64,000 nucleotides of DNA from an uncultured Phycisphaerales bacterium (GTDB lineage Bacteria; Planctomycetota; Phycisphaerae; Tepidisphaerales; Tepidisphaeraceae), in NCBI GenBank assembly GCA_963755915.1, contig CAVWLP010000002.1, positions 4,512,001-4,576,000 on the forward strand. The letters run 5' to 3'. The notes beneath the pieces are model-generated. The model had not been told where the DNA came from. It worked only from the letters and a program-made list of their open reading frames with translations, and ran no database searches. The position numbers and the translations under genes were made by a program. Shown here in pieces: positions 43,756 to 54,299 of the stretch (position 1 is the first letter of the stretch; each line of letters starts with the position of its first letter).

Positions 43756-46700
43756 TCTGTGCATCCTCGCGGCTCGCCGGAGCAGTTTCAAGCCCGGTTT
43801 TATTGTTCTCCCGCTCCCACGCGGCTTTGAGAAGATTACGCAAAATCATCAGCAAAGTATCCGACTCCAGGAAACTCGGCGGCAGCCGCAGATAAACGGT
43901 TTTCTCATCCACGACGGTAAGCCGGCCCGGCGCGCCCGTAAGCCCCGCCTGGGCACGCGAGGCGTTGCGCACCGTCAGGATCACGTCCGGCTCCTTGCGA
44001 ATAATGCTCTCGATCCCAAATATCCCGGACAGCAGCCGCAATTCCGTCAGCGCCAGCAGAATAACCGCCGGCCGCGGCGGCTCGCCGAATGCGTCCTTCA
44101 AATCCTGCTCCAGAATGTTGAGCATTTCCATCGAAGTGCAGCGCGAGAGCCGGCGATAAACGTCCATCCGCTGCCGATCCGCGGCGATCCATTGCTTGGG
44201 CACCAGCGCCGAGACCCCGATATCGACATGTGCTTCGGGCTTGGTTTCCTTCGGCTCGTTCTTCAATTGTCGCGTCGCCTCTTCGAGCAGCTGGCAATAC
44301 ATCTCGTAGCCAACCGACGCGATGTGCCCGCTTTGTTCCGGGCCGAGGATGTTTCCCGCTCCGCGGATTTCCAGGTCGCGCATGGCGATCTTAAATCCCG
44401 CGCCCAAATGGCTGTACTCCTCGATCGACTTCAGACGCTTGGCCGCCACTGGAGTGACGGGTCGATCCGACGGCAGCAGCAGATAGCAATACGCGCGATT
44501 CTTGTACCGCCCCACTCTTCCGCGAAGCTGGTGCAACTCGCTGAGCCCGAATCGGTCGGCCTGGTTGATGAAAATCGTGTTGGCGTTGGGAATATCCAGC
44601 CCGCTTTCGATGATCGTCGTGCAGACCAGAATATCCGCCTCGTGGCGGATGAATTTCATCATCACGTCTTCCAGCTCCCCTTCCGCCATCTGCCCGTGCC
44701 CGATGATGATGCGGGCCGATGGCACAAGCTTAAGAATTTCATCCGCCACTTCGGAAATGTTGTAAACCCGGTTGTGAACGAAATAGACCTGCCCCTCGCG
44801 ATTCAGCTCACGCGTGATCGCTTGCTGGATTCGCTGCTTGTCGTAGGCGATCACCTCCGTCACGATGCTCCGCCGATCCTGCGGGGCCGTCGTCAGCGAG
44901 CTGATATCGCGCAGGCCCAGCATGCTCATGTGCAGTGTCCGCGGGATCGGCGTGGCCGACATCGTCAGCACATCGACCGTCCGGCGCATCTGCTTCAGCC
45001 GCTCTTTGTGCGTCACGCCGAAGCGCTGCTCTTCGTCGATAATTACCAGCCCCAGGTCGTTGAATTTCACGTCGTTGCTGATGAGCCGATGGGTGCCGAT
45101 GAGGATGTCGACTTCGCCCGATGCCGTGCGCTTCACCGTCTGCTTCTGTTCCTTGCCGCTTTTGAATCGGCTGATCGATTCGATGTGAAACGGATAATTG
45201 ACCATCCGCTCGCGGAAAGAGCGCTCGTGCTGCTCCGCCAGGACGGTCGTCGGAACGAGAATGGCGACCTGCTTCCCGTATTCCACTGCCTTGAACGCCG
45301 CCCGCATGGCCAGCTCCGTCTTGCCGTACCCCACATCGCCGCACAGCAGCCGATCCATCGGTCTGCGCTTCTGCATGTCCTGCTTGATCTCCTCCGCCCC
45401 GACGATCTGATCATCGGTCGGCTGATAGGGAAATTCCGCCTCAAACTCCTTCTGCCATTCCGTATCCGCCGGATAAGCCAACCCCTCCTGCGCCGCGCGA
45501 GCCGCCTGGACGTCGAGCAGCTCCGCCGCCATGTCCATCAGTGCTTCCGATACCCTGGCCTTCTGTTTTTCCCACGCCCCAGTGCCGAGTTTCGAAAGGT
45601 GCGGATGCCCATGAAACCCGCCGACATATTTCTGGACAAGGCTGATCCGTGCCGCCGGTACGTGCAGCACCGCGCTGTCCGCGAAGCGCAGCGTGAGATA
45701 TTCCTCGCTCCGCCCATCCTTGGTCATCGTGTGCATGCCGGTGAACCGTGCGATGCCGTGCGCCACATGAACGACGTAATCCCCCTCCTTGAGATCGAGG
45801 AACGAATCGACCGGCCGCGAGGCGATCACCTTGCCGACGCGCCGGCGTTGCTCGTAGCGATGAAACAGTTCGTGATGCCCCAGCAGCGCCGCCGGGCGGC
45901 TGCCGTCCTGGAAATCCCAGACGAATCCCCGGTGCAGGTAACCGAGATGGATGTCGATCTTCCCGGTCAGCCCCTTGATTTCCCCTTCCACAAGCTCGGT
46001 AAACCGCTGCTTCTCCCCCTCGTTTTCGCAGAAGACCGTGATGTCATTCGTTTGGGCCAACTCCCCAAGTTCCACAATCGCTTTCTTCGCCTCGGTTTCA
46101 AATCGTTGCAGCGACCCCACCGGCAGCTTCAACCGCGCCGCATCGTCCCCGATCATCATCGGCTGCTGATCAAACTGGCTCAGCTCCATCCGCGTAAACG
46201 CAGACGACAGATTCAGCAGCGCATTGAGCGGATAAATCCCCTTCACTTCCGGCAGCCGATCCAGATAGCTCTTGGATTGCTCCGCAATCTCCAGCGGCGA
46301 CCAGAGCGCGACGATTCCATCCGCCGGGAAATAATTAAACAGGCTTGTCGAATCGCTCGTCTCCGGAAGCTGCCCCTTGATGTCGATGACGGAAACAGTT
46401 TCCAGCTTGTCGCCGGAGCCCAGCGTATCGAGATCGAACCGGCGAATCGATTCGATCTGATCATCGAAGAAATCAACGCGCACGGTCAGCCCAAGCTGCT
46501 CGCCGGCATTTTCGAAAATGCCGGGAAGATAGATATCCACGATCCCCCCGCGGACGGCGAAATCGCCGGGCACTTCCACCTGCTCGAGCCGGTTGTACCC
46601 ATGCTCGGCCAGCCAGACGATCAGCTTCTCGGCCTCCAGCTTCTGCCCAATACGCAGGGGTTTGATCAGCTGTTCCAACTGTGCGCGCGAGGGGACCGAC

Positions 46701-47098
46701 TGCATCAGCGACTGCATGGACGCGACCATGACGCCCGATTCTGTCCACTTGCCTTTCTCCGATGCCAGCCGGGCGACCAGTCGAACTCGATTGGAAACCT
46801 GCTCCTCCGAAACCCGTCCCAGGCTGCCCGCCAGTTCCAGTGCCGGAAGGATTTCCGACCGCCGGCCTGTAAACAGCTCGACGTCATCCGCCAGGTCTTC
46901 CGCTTCGTCCAGGTGCCCGCAAATCAGCAGCACCGGCCGCGGCATCACCCGCCGAACCCCGGTAATCACGGCCGCCACGCTCCCGCCCCACAAGCCGGAG
47001 ACGGCCGCAGAGCGACTGCGCGAAAGGGTTTCCGATAGCTGCGCCAATTCGCGCGCAGCGGCAAGCCGCCCGACAACGGCGGGAATGGTCGAATCCAT
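43721..47098 (-). CDS. mfd: Transcription-repair coupling factor
   Basis: AVRGGIVDI, GDVGYGKTE, DEEQRFGV, SATPIPRT, RDLEIRGAGN. Confidence 0.97.
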   Translation of the reverse strand: MDSTIPAVVGRLAAARELAQLSETLSRSRSAAVSGLWGGSVAAVITGVRRVMPRPVLLICGHLDEAEDLADDVELFTGRRSEILPALELAGSLGRVSEEQVSNRVRLVARLASEKGKWTESGVMVASMQSLMQSVPSRAQLEQLIKPLRIGQKLEAEKLIVWLAEHGYNRLEQVEVPGDFAVRGGIVDIYLPGIFENAGEQLGLTVRVDFFDDQIESIRRFDLDTLGSGDKLETVSVIDIKGQLPETSDSTSLFNYFPADGIVALWSPLEIAEQSKSYLDRLPEVKGIYPLNALLNLSSAFTRMELSQFDQQPMMIGDDAARLKLPVGSLQRFETEAKKAIVELGELAQTNDITVFCENEGEKQRFTELVEGEIKGLTGKIDIHLGYLHRGFVWDFQDGSRPAALLGHHELFHRYEQRRRVGKVIASRPVDSFLDLKEGDYVVHVAHGIARFTGMHTMTKDGRSEEYLTLRFADSAVLHVPAARISLVQKYVGGFHGHPHLSKLGTGAWEKQKARVSEALMDMAAELLDVQAARAAQEGLAYPADTEWQKEFEAEFPYQPTDDQIVGAEEIKQDMQKRRPMDRLLCGDVGYGKTELAMRAAFKAVEYGKQVAILVPTTVLAEQHERSFRERMVNYPFHIESISRFKSGKEQKQTVKRTASGEVDILIGTHRLISNDVKFNDLGLVIIDEEQRFGVTHKERLKQMRRTVDVLTMSATPIPRTLHMSMLGLRDISSLTTAPQDRRSIVTEVIAYDKQRIQQAITRELNREGQVYFVHNRVYNISEVADEILKLVPSARIIIGHGQMAEGELEDVMMKFIRHEADILVCTTIIESGLDIPNANTIFINQADRFGLSELHQLRGRVGRYKNRAYCYLLLPSDRPVTPVAAKRLKSIEEYSHLGAGFKIAMRDLEIRGAGNILGPEQSGHIASVGYEMYCQLLEEATRQLKNEPKETKPEAHVDIGVSALVPKQWIAADRQRMDVYRRLSRCTSMEMLNILEQDLKDAFGEPPRPAVILLALTELRLLSGIFGIESIIRKEPDVILTVRNASRAQAGLTGAPGRLTVVDEKTVYLRLPPSFLESDTLLMILRNLLKAAWERENNKTGLETAPASREDAQNEPRRLKPAHR

Positions 47099-47180
47099 GG
47101 TGCTGACATCCTAGCGCCCAGAGCCGGGTAGGTAAAGTGAGCAAGCTTTGGTTTGGGGCAAAAAACTGCCGATATCTAAT

Positions 47181-48680
47181 GTGTTGACTGCCACGGCTGA
47201 ATATCCCGTCGCCCGCAAGATTCGGGCCCACACCCCGATCGGCCCCATTGCGCTATCCCTCGCCCTGGCGATCCTGCTGATCTCCACCGCCGCCCGGGAA
47301 TTCGAGTCGCTGCGCAATCTCGGCGACATCAGCTCAACCGCCGGAACCTGGATCGCCACGTCGGTGGATGCCGAGCACGGCATCCTCTATCGCCCGCTCG
47401 TCTCAAATGACGGATACGGCGGTACGCGATATGCGCCCATTCGCACCCTCGTCCAAGCGGCAATTCTTAAATGGACTTCGCTGGGCGCGATCAACAGCGC
47501 TTTGGCCACCAGCGCCGCCTCAATGGCGCTGCTGCTTCTCGGCTGCTACGCGCTCATGCGAAGGCTTGAAGTGCCCGCCCCATTGGCCGCCGCAATGACC
47601 GCGATGATGCTCGCCTCGAATGCCGTTCGCGCCAGCACCCTGGCAGGCATGTCCGATCCACTGGCCGCCGCGCTTGCGATTTGGGGACTCGTCGCGGTTG
47701 CGTCGACCGGCCGGTTCTCGATTCTCTCAAGCTCGATTTTCTTCTCACTTGCCGTCGCCACCAAAGTCACGAGCATCTTCGGCCTCGCCGCGGCCGTGAT
47801 TTGGATGCTTTCCCGAAAGCAATATCGCCGCGCGATTTTATGCGCACTGACGACGGCTCTGGCCGCCGGCCTTCTCTTCGCCGTCTTCCAATTCGCCAGC
47901 CACGGCCGAATGCTCGAAATCTTCCGCGCCTGCGCCACCGGCGGCGCGGGACTCTCCCAAATCCTCCAAGCCCCCATCGTCTTCAGCGGCATCCTCTGCC
48001 GCTTCGACCCCGTCGCCGGCGCTATCTGGATTCTGGCGCTCATCGCCATCTTCGCTACCCGACAGGTCTTCTCATTGCCCGGAATTCTCCTCCTCACCAC
48101 GACCCTCGGAACCCTTGCGATCTACGGTTCCCCAGGCACCGACATGAACCACCTGATCGATCTCGAAGCCGCTTCCCTCATCTGCCTGGCCATCTGCCTG
48201 AATCGCACGCCCTCCCTCCTGCCCCTGCTGGCCTTCCTCGCCCTCTGCGGCGCCACCGTCTCCGCCAAGGACGCCATGCGAATCGATTACGAATCCCGCC
48301 GTGGCCAGATTTCCCGCGCCCTTTCCATCGCCAAAAAATCCCCCTCCACCGGCCCCATCCTCTCCGAAAACCCTCTCCTTCCCATCCTTACCGGCCAGCG
48401 GCCCTTTATGCTCGACCCCTTCATGTTCCGCGTTTTCACCCAATCCAACCCCCCCCTCGCCCGGCAGCTCTGGAACGATCTCTCCCATCAGCGGTTCCGT
48501 GCCGTCATCCTCTATCCCGTCGGCGGTCCTGACGAATGGACCCATCCCGGCAGCTTCGGCTACGAGGCCCTGCCCCACATTCAGGCGTCCTATAAACTCG
48601 TCGCCCAGGAGGGACAATACTACGTTTTCCTGCCCCGCCCCCCCCTTCTTGACAACCACCGCCCACCAACGCAAAAATAG
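47181..48680 (+). CDS. Polytopic membrane protein, possible GT-C glycosyltransferase
   Basis: About 10 or more TM segments; YGGTRY loop; C-terminal soluble domain. Confidence 0.65.
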   Translation: MLTATAEYPVARKIRAHTPIGPIALSLALAILLISTAAREFESLRNLGDISSTAGTWIATSVDAEHGILYRPLVSNDGYGGTRYAPIRTLVQAAILKWTSLGAINSALATSAASMALLLLGCYALMRRLEVPAPLAAAMTAMMLASNAVRASTLAGMSDPLAAALAIWGLVAVASTGRFSILSSSIFFSLAVATKVTSIFGLAAAVIWMLSRKQYRRAILCALTTALAAGLLFAVFQFASHGRMLEIFRACATGGAGLSQILQAPIVFSGILCRFDPVAGAIWILALIAIFATRQVFSLPGILLLTTTLGTLAIYGSPGTDMNHLIDLEAASLICLAICLNRTPSLLPLLAFLALCGATVSAKDAMRIDYESRRGQISRALSIAKKSPSTGPILSENPLLPILTGQRPFMLDPFMFRVFTQSNPPLARQLWNDLSHQRFRAVILYPVGGPDEWTHPGSFGYEALPHIQASYKLVAQEGQYYVFLPRPPLLDNHRPPTQK

Positions 48681-48685
48681 GGAGT

Positions 48686-48865
48686 ATGCAAGGGGGCAAA
48701 ATTAACCTGCGCTTCGTTCTAACCGTGTCGGTCCTGGTTATCTGCGCAGTCGTTGCCGTCGGCCTGGTTCTTGTCGGCTACGCGATTGCGACTCAGCACA
48801 CCATCGGCAATTTTGAGCCCTTCGGCCACGCGACCAACGTCGTCCCCAGCCCCAAAGGCTTTTAG
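48686..48865 (+). CDS. Small single-TM protein (59 aa, below the ORF-track cutoff)
   Basis: MQGGKINLRFVLTVSVLVICAVVAVGLVLVGYAIATQH...KGF*; fills the gap between convergent genes. Confidence 0.5.
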   Translation: MQGGKINLRFVLTVSVLVICAVVAVGLVLVGYAIATQHTIGNFEPFGHATNVVPSPKGF

Positions 48866-48879
48866 AGCCGTCTGAATTC

Positions 48880-49677
48880 CTAATCGAGCCCCAGCACATC
48901 CGCCATCGAATATCTCCCCGGCTTCTGGTCTTTCAACCATTTGGCGCCCCGCAGCGCCCCAGTGGCAAACGTATCCCGGCTCGTCGCCACGTGGCCAATC
49001 TCAACCCGCTCCCCTAGCGCCGCGAAATAAACCGTGTGCTTCCCCACCTCATCCCCCATCCGCAGCGAATGCATCCCAATCTGCCCCGCTTTTCTTTCGA
49101 CGTCGTCCCCAAACCGTCCCATCACCAGCGCCTTGCGCGTCTTCCCCAGCGCCTTGAGAATCGAATCCGCCAGTGCCAGCGCCGTCCCGCTCGGCGCATC
49201 CTTCTTGAACCGATGATGCCCCTCGACGATCTCAATATCGTACTCTTCCCCCAATCCCTTCGCCGCCAGCGCGGCCAGCTTCAGCAGCACGTTCACGCCC
49301 ACGCTCATATTCGGCGCCTGAAGAATCGGAATATGCGCCGAGGCGACATCAATCGCCGCGTGATCCTTTTCCTTCAGCGCCGTGGTTCCGATGACCATCC
49401 CGATCTCCCGATCCTTGCACGTCTTCAGCCACCGCCGCGTCGATTCCGGCGCGGTGAAATCGATCAGCACATCCGGCGTCGGCCGCATGTCCGATGTGAT
49501 CGGGAGCCCAATCGCTCCGATCCCGGCGATCTCCCCCGCGTCGCGGGAAATATCGGTGCTGTCCGGCCGGTCGATGGTCGCGATAAGATCAAACGCTTTA
49601 TCCGCTCGCGCCAGCGCGATCAGCCGTTTGCCCATCCGCCCGCAGGCGCCGGTGATTGCCAGCTTGATCGCCGCCAT
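48880..49677 (-). CDS. dapB: 4-hydroxy-tetrahydrodipicolinate reductase
   Basis: GACGRMG, IDFT, EGHHRFKKDAPSGTA. Confidence 0.96.
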   Translation of the reverse strand: MAAIKLAITGACGRMGKRLIALARADKAFDLIATIDRPDSTDISRDAGEIAGIGAIGLPITSDMRPTPDVLIDFTAPESTRRWLKTCKDREIGMVIGTTALKEKDHAAIDVASAHIPILQAPNMSVGVNVLLKLAALAAKGLGEEYDIEIVEGHHRFKKDAPSGTALALADSILKALGKTRKALVMGRFGDDVERKAGQIGMHSLRMGDEVGKHTVYFAALGERVEIGHVATSRDTFATGALRGAKWLKDQKPGRYSMADVLGLD

Positions 49678-51095
49678 TATTTCTCCTCCATCGCCGCGAT
49701 GATCGCGTCCAGATCGTCGTCCACCACAACCGGCCGATTCGCCAGCCTGCCCGTCGGCTCCTTCCGCGGCGCCGAATCCTGGGCCGCGCTCAGGTCGATC
49801 CCCGTGTGATATTTCACCGTCGCATTCGCATCTTTCAGCTCGTGGCCCGTGAGAATACAGACGACCGTCTCATCCGCGGAAATCGTCTGCGCCTTCCGCA
49901 GCCGGTGCAATCCCGCCACGCTGGCCGCGCTGGCCGGCTCGCAACCGAATCCCCAACGCGCCACCATCGCCCGGTGCTCCAGAATCTCTTCGTCGCTCAC
50001 CTCCAGCGTCACCCCGTTCATCACTTCCAGCGCTCGCAGAGCCTTCGGCAGATTCACCGGCCGGCTGATCTCAATCGCGCTGGCCACCGTGTGCGGACGA
50101 TAATTCGATTCATCCAGCGCCGCATAATGCTTTTGAATCACCGACGCATCGAACGCCCCCCCATTCCATTTCAGCCCGCGCCGGCTCACCAGCTCGTTCA
50201 GCGTGTTTGCCCCGCTCGCATTCACAATCGCCAGCCGCGGAATCTTTTTCACCAGCCCCAGCTCCTTCAATTCCAAAAATGCCTTGCCAAACGCCGAGCA
50301 ATTCCCCAGATTTCCCCCGGGAACGATGATCCAGTCCGGGCTCTGCCAGTCCATGGCCTCCAGCACCCGATACATGATGCTCTTCTGCCCCTCCAGCCGA
50401 AATGGATTGACGCTGTTCATCAGGTAGATTCCCAGCGCCGGCCGATTCACCGCGATCTCGTAGATGCGGCGCAGGCAATCGTCAAAGTCCCCGCGAATCT
50501 GCAATGTCAGCGCCCCATAATCCAGCGCCTGGCTGAGTTTCCCCAGCGCGATTTTTCCGCTGCCGATGAATACGATTCCGCGCATCTCGGCCAGGGTTGC
50601 AAACATCGCCAGCGACGCGCTCGTGTTCCCCGTCGACGCACACGCCACCTTCTTCGCCCCCACCATCCGCGCATGGGTGAACGCCGCCGTCATCCCATTG
50701 TCTTTGAAGCTCCCGCTCGGATTCAGCCCCTCATATTGCAGCAGCAGCTTCCCCTGTCCCATCCCCACCTGTTTTGCCAGCAGGTCCGCCTGCTGAAGCA
50801 CCGTCCGTCCCTCCCCAATGGTGACGATCTCCTCCTCACTCCGATAAAACGGCAACAGTTCGCGAAACCGCCACACCCCCGAAAAATCCAGCCGCCCTTC
50901 CACACCCGCCCCCTTGGTGCTCCAGCGATGCTCGAAAAATCCCATCCCCTTAATCTTGGGCAGCTTCCCCCAGTCATACCGGATATCCAGAAGCCCCCCA
51001 CATTTCTGGCAAGCCACCAGCACCTGCGAAACCTCGTAGGTGGCCGCACATTTCGGATTGATGCACTGTTGAAAAGCGGATTCAGTTATCGGCAC
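49677..51095 (-). CDS. thrC: Threonine synthase
   Basis: NPSGSFKDNG, CASTGNTSAS, NSVNPFRLEGQK, PGGNLGN, CEPASA. Confidence 0.93.
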   Translation of the reverse strand: MPITESAFQQCINPKCAATYEVSQVLVACQKCGGLLDIRYDWGKLPKIKGMGFFEHRWSTKGAGVEGRLDFSGVWRFRELLPFYRSEEEIVTIGEGRTVLQQADLLAKQVGMGQGKLLLQYEGLNPSGSFKDNGMTAAFTHARMVGAKKVACASTGNTSASLAMFATLAEMRGIVFIGSGKIALGKLSQALDYGALTLQIRGDFDDCLRRIYEIAVNRPALGIYLMNSVNPFRLEGQKSIMYRVLEAMDWQSPDWIIVPGGNLGNCSAFGKAFLELKELGLVKKIPRLAIVNASGANTLNELVSRRGLKWNGGAFDASVIQKHYAALDESNYRPHTVASAIEISRPVNLPKALRALEVMNGVTLEVSDEEILEHRAMVARWGFGCEPASAASVAGLHRLRKAQTISADETVVCILTGHELKDANATVKYHTGIDLSAAQDSAPRKEPTGRLANRPVVVDDDLDAIIAAMEEK

Positions 51096-51184
51096 AAGAT
51101 GAATTATAGTGCAACTTTCAATTCTTACGAAACTTGGGCGCACCCCGTTTGCACTTTCATGGCAATCTCTATAATCCCCACGCG

Positions 51185-52159
51185 ATGCCTCTCGCACTCG
51201 ACGCCCTTTCCCTTTACGTCCAGCCCCAACTCGACGCCGTCGAAAAGCTCTTCAACGAAGAGCTCACCAGCTCCGTCTCGTGCGTAAATTCCCTCGTTAA
51301 GCACGTCAGCCGCTTCCGCGGAAAAATGCTCCGCCCCATCCTCGTCCTCCTCGCCGGCAAGGCCAGCGGAACCCTCGACGACGCCCACATCGTCCTGGCC
51401 ACCGTCGTCGAAATGGTCCACATGGCCACTCTCATCCACGACGACGTTCTCGACGAAGCCGAGCTTCGCCGCAAAGGCGCCACCATCAACCATCTCCGCG
51501 GCAACGAAGCCGCCGTCCTGCTCGGCGACTATCTCATCAGCCACAGCTACCACCTCTGCTCCAGCCTCGATTCCCAGTTCGCCTCCCGCGTCATCGGCCG
51601 AACCACCAACCAGGTCTGCGAAGGCGAACTCCTCCAAATCCACCATCGCAACAACCTCGATCTGACGGAAGAAACCTACCTCCAGATCATCACCTGCAAA
51701 ACCGCCGTCCTGTGCGCCTCCTGCTGCCTGCTCGGCGCCACCTTCTCCGGCGCCGATGCCGCCCGCGTCGAAAACCTGCGCCAATTCGGCCTCTGCCTCG
51801 GCACCGCGTTTCAGATTCAGGACGACATCCTCGACATCGTCGGAAACGAATCCACCGTCGGCAAAACCCTCGGCATCGACGTCTTAAAAGGCAAGCTCAC
51901 GCTCCCCATCATCCATTTCCTGGCCAACGCCCCGCAGGAGCATCGCATCCTGCTTCAATCCCTGCTTCGCAGCCACGACGCCGACAAAGTCGAGCGAATC
52001 CGCAACCTCATCCTCCCCAGCCGTTCCGTCGGCTACGCCACCTCAAAAGCAAAAGCCCTGATCGCCCAGGCCCACGAGGCGATCGCCGCTCTCCCCGATT
52101 CGCCCGCCAAACAAATCCTCGGCACCCTGGCCGATTTCGTCATCAACCGGCCAATGTAA
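51185..52159 (+). CDS. Polyprenyl diphosphate synthase
   Basis: GKMLRP, LIHDDVLD, FQIQDDILD. Confidence 0.93.
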   Translation: MPLALDALSLYVQPQLDAVEKLFNEELTSSVSCVNSLVKHVSRFRGKMLRPILVLLAGKASGTLDDAHIVLATVVEMVHMATLIHDDVLDEAELRRKGATINHLRGNEAAVLLGDYLISHSYHLCSSLDSQFASRVIGRTTNQVCEGELLQIHHRNNLDLTEETYLQIITCKTAVLCASCCLLGATFSGADAARVENLRQFGLCLGTAFQIQDDILDIVGNESTVGKTLGIDVLKGKLTLPIIHFLANAPQEHRILLQSLLRSHDADKVERIRNLILPSRSVGYATSKAKALIAQAHEAIAALPDSPAKQILGTLADFVINRPM

Positions 52160-52174
52160 AAACAATGCCGCCGG

Positions 52175-52198
52175 ACTTCGGCGAGCTCAGTCGAGCCG
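52175..52198. mobile_element. 24-nt mini-element, copy 2
   Basis: ACTTCGGCGAGCTCAGTCGAGCCG. Removing it restores the perfect inverted repeat CCGCCGGT-ATCCTC-ACCGGCGG. Confidence 0.68.
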
Positions 52199-52330
52199 TA
52201 TCCTCACCGGCGGAATCTTTTCACGACACCGCGCCACTTTTAAAGTTTGTTGAAACTTGCCAATTTTCCTTGCATTTTCGGCTTAAGGTACGGATTATTT
52301 GTCCCGCATCTCTGCTCAGGAATGGGAACG

Positions 52331-53610
52331 ATGGCGGCAACGGCACAGAAATTCTCCTGCGGAGGCTGCGGGAACGAGTTGACCTGGAAACAGGAATTCG
52401 TCGGCCGAAAATCAAATGCAAATCCTGCGGACATCCCATGGCAATTCCGCCCTATCCCAACGGGGCGGAGCCGGAGCTTGAGCCCGAACCGCAGGCCTCG
52501 GATGATGATCTCTATGCCCTCGCCGACGACGCACGAAACGCCGCCGCGAATATTGAACCGACGATCGTCGATCCCACCGAATTCCAGCAGGCGGTCCCTG
52601 CCGCGGCCGTCGCCGCGGTAGCGCCGGGAGCTTCGAAATCGGGAATCCCCCTCGCCTATCGCCGCGGGCCCACCGCCGCCGAAAAAAAACGCGACGCCGA
52701 CGCCAGTCAGATCGACGAAAATCGCGACATCAAGGTCCCCATCGCGCTGCTTGCCGCCGGGGCAATTCTTTACGTCAGCTACTACGCAATCCACTACGGC
52801 CTCGGGCTGGGGCCGTTGATCGCCATCACCATCGGCCTGCTCATCATGACCGTCTTCGAGACGATCCTGCTCTTCGCCTTCGGCCTGGCCATTGCCGGTC
52901 CGCTGAGCGTGAATTTCGGCGGAATCTGGACCGCCCTTCTGAAGTTCGCGGCCATCGCACTCTTCTGCGACGGCGTCACCACCTGGGTCGACGGAATGTT
53001 CTCAACCTGGACCGGCGGCGTCGGCGGTGGCGGGATCTTCGGCTTCGGCGTCATCGGACTCCCCATCGCCGCGGGCGTTTACTGGGTCACCATGACATAT
53101 CTCTTCTCCATGGACCCCGGCGACGCCTGGATCGTCGTCATCATCCTCGCCGTCTTCTATCGCATCATGAGCGTCGTCCTCATCATCCTGGTTCTGAAGC
53201 TCGTCCTCAGCTTCGGCGGCGTCGCAGCCGCCAACATCCCCCTGCCAACCTTCGGCGGCAGCGGCGGCGTCTCCGTCAATCCGGTCATCGACACCGTCAA
53301 CCAGGCCAAGGCCCAGAACCTCCTGCACGAGGCCCGCAAATACGCCGACACGAACGGCCTCTCTGCCTACAAATCTGCCATTGAAGGCTGGTACAAAGCC
53401 GGCGCGAAAAATGTCTGGTTCGAAACCGACCGCGACATCAACGGCAAAGGCAACGCCTTCCGCATGATTATCGAAATGCCCAGCGACTCCACCTCCCGCG
53501 CCAATTGCTACGCCGTTCTCAAACAATATTACAGCGACATGGGCTGGTCACCGTTAGCCCAGGGCTTGCAGGACACGGGCGATCCATATCTGCTCGTTCC
53601 GCTGCCGTAG
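52331..53610 (+). CDS. Zinc-ribbon plus multi-TM hypothetical protein (frameshift near 52410)
   Basis: FSCGGCG...KCKSCG; acidic DDDLYAL linker; TM block. Confidence 0.72.
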
Positions 53611-53650
53611 GCTGCGCATTCGTAGAAGCGGCGTCTCGCTGCTTGCCCTC

Positions 53651-54165
53651 TTAAAGCGGCGAGGAGTTCACGGGATTCGTCACCCAAGCATTCTCCCAAC
53701 TGAACACGTCTCCCTCCGGAAGGTTCTGAAGACCCAGGTGGCGCATAATCCACAGGCACTGAGCGCGATGGTGCATGCCATGCGTGGCAATATGGACAAG
53801 GGCGGTGCCGACGGATTTCTTGCGCGGCGGATTGTCGAGATAATCAGTGAAAAGGTCGTCATTGCCGCCGGAATTTGAGAAGGATTGGCCAAGAGCGACA
53901 AGCTCGGCAGCAACAACGTCGAGACGGGCGATCAGGCCATTGATGCCGGCATTTATCACCGGCATGCCGGCACGTTGTGGACGGGCAAGGATAAGGTCAC
54001 ACCAGCATTCCATGTTGGCGATAATGTGCTGAAACGTGCGCCGGAGAGTCCGGTGGCCCATATCGAACGGCTGATCGAGCACGAATCGGTAAGGTCAGCA
54101 GCGCGAGTCAGAAGGAGGCGCGTGGTCCAGGCATCGTGCCGGAGGAGCTTTTCGAGGATAGTCAT
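53651..54165 (-). CDS. DinB family protein (frameshift near 54085)
   Basis: LLRHDAWTT, GHRTLRRTFQHI, HIATHGMHHRAQ. Confidence 0.85.
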
Positions 54166-54299
54166 TGCTGCGCTCAACGAAGTGCAACCAGTTTTGATTC
54201 ACGTGATTTTAAAAGCAAGAGTGTGCCACCCAATTCGATGATTACAGCGTCCCGCCTTTCTTGACTCATCATCGCTTGCCGGTAATTCTCCAAGGCACC

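Noticed and set aside
43661-47038. 1125-aa plus-strand ORF opposite mfd
   Set aside because: Antisense shadow ORF typical of high-GC DNA, with no protein-like motifs. The same applies to 20415..22094, 2274..3482 and 71..799.
51712-52330. N-terminal part of the 632-aa ORF containing DFGELSRA
   Set aside because: It overlaps the polyprenyl synthase gene out of frame. The real gene probably starts at 52331, so this copy of the 24-mer is intergenic.
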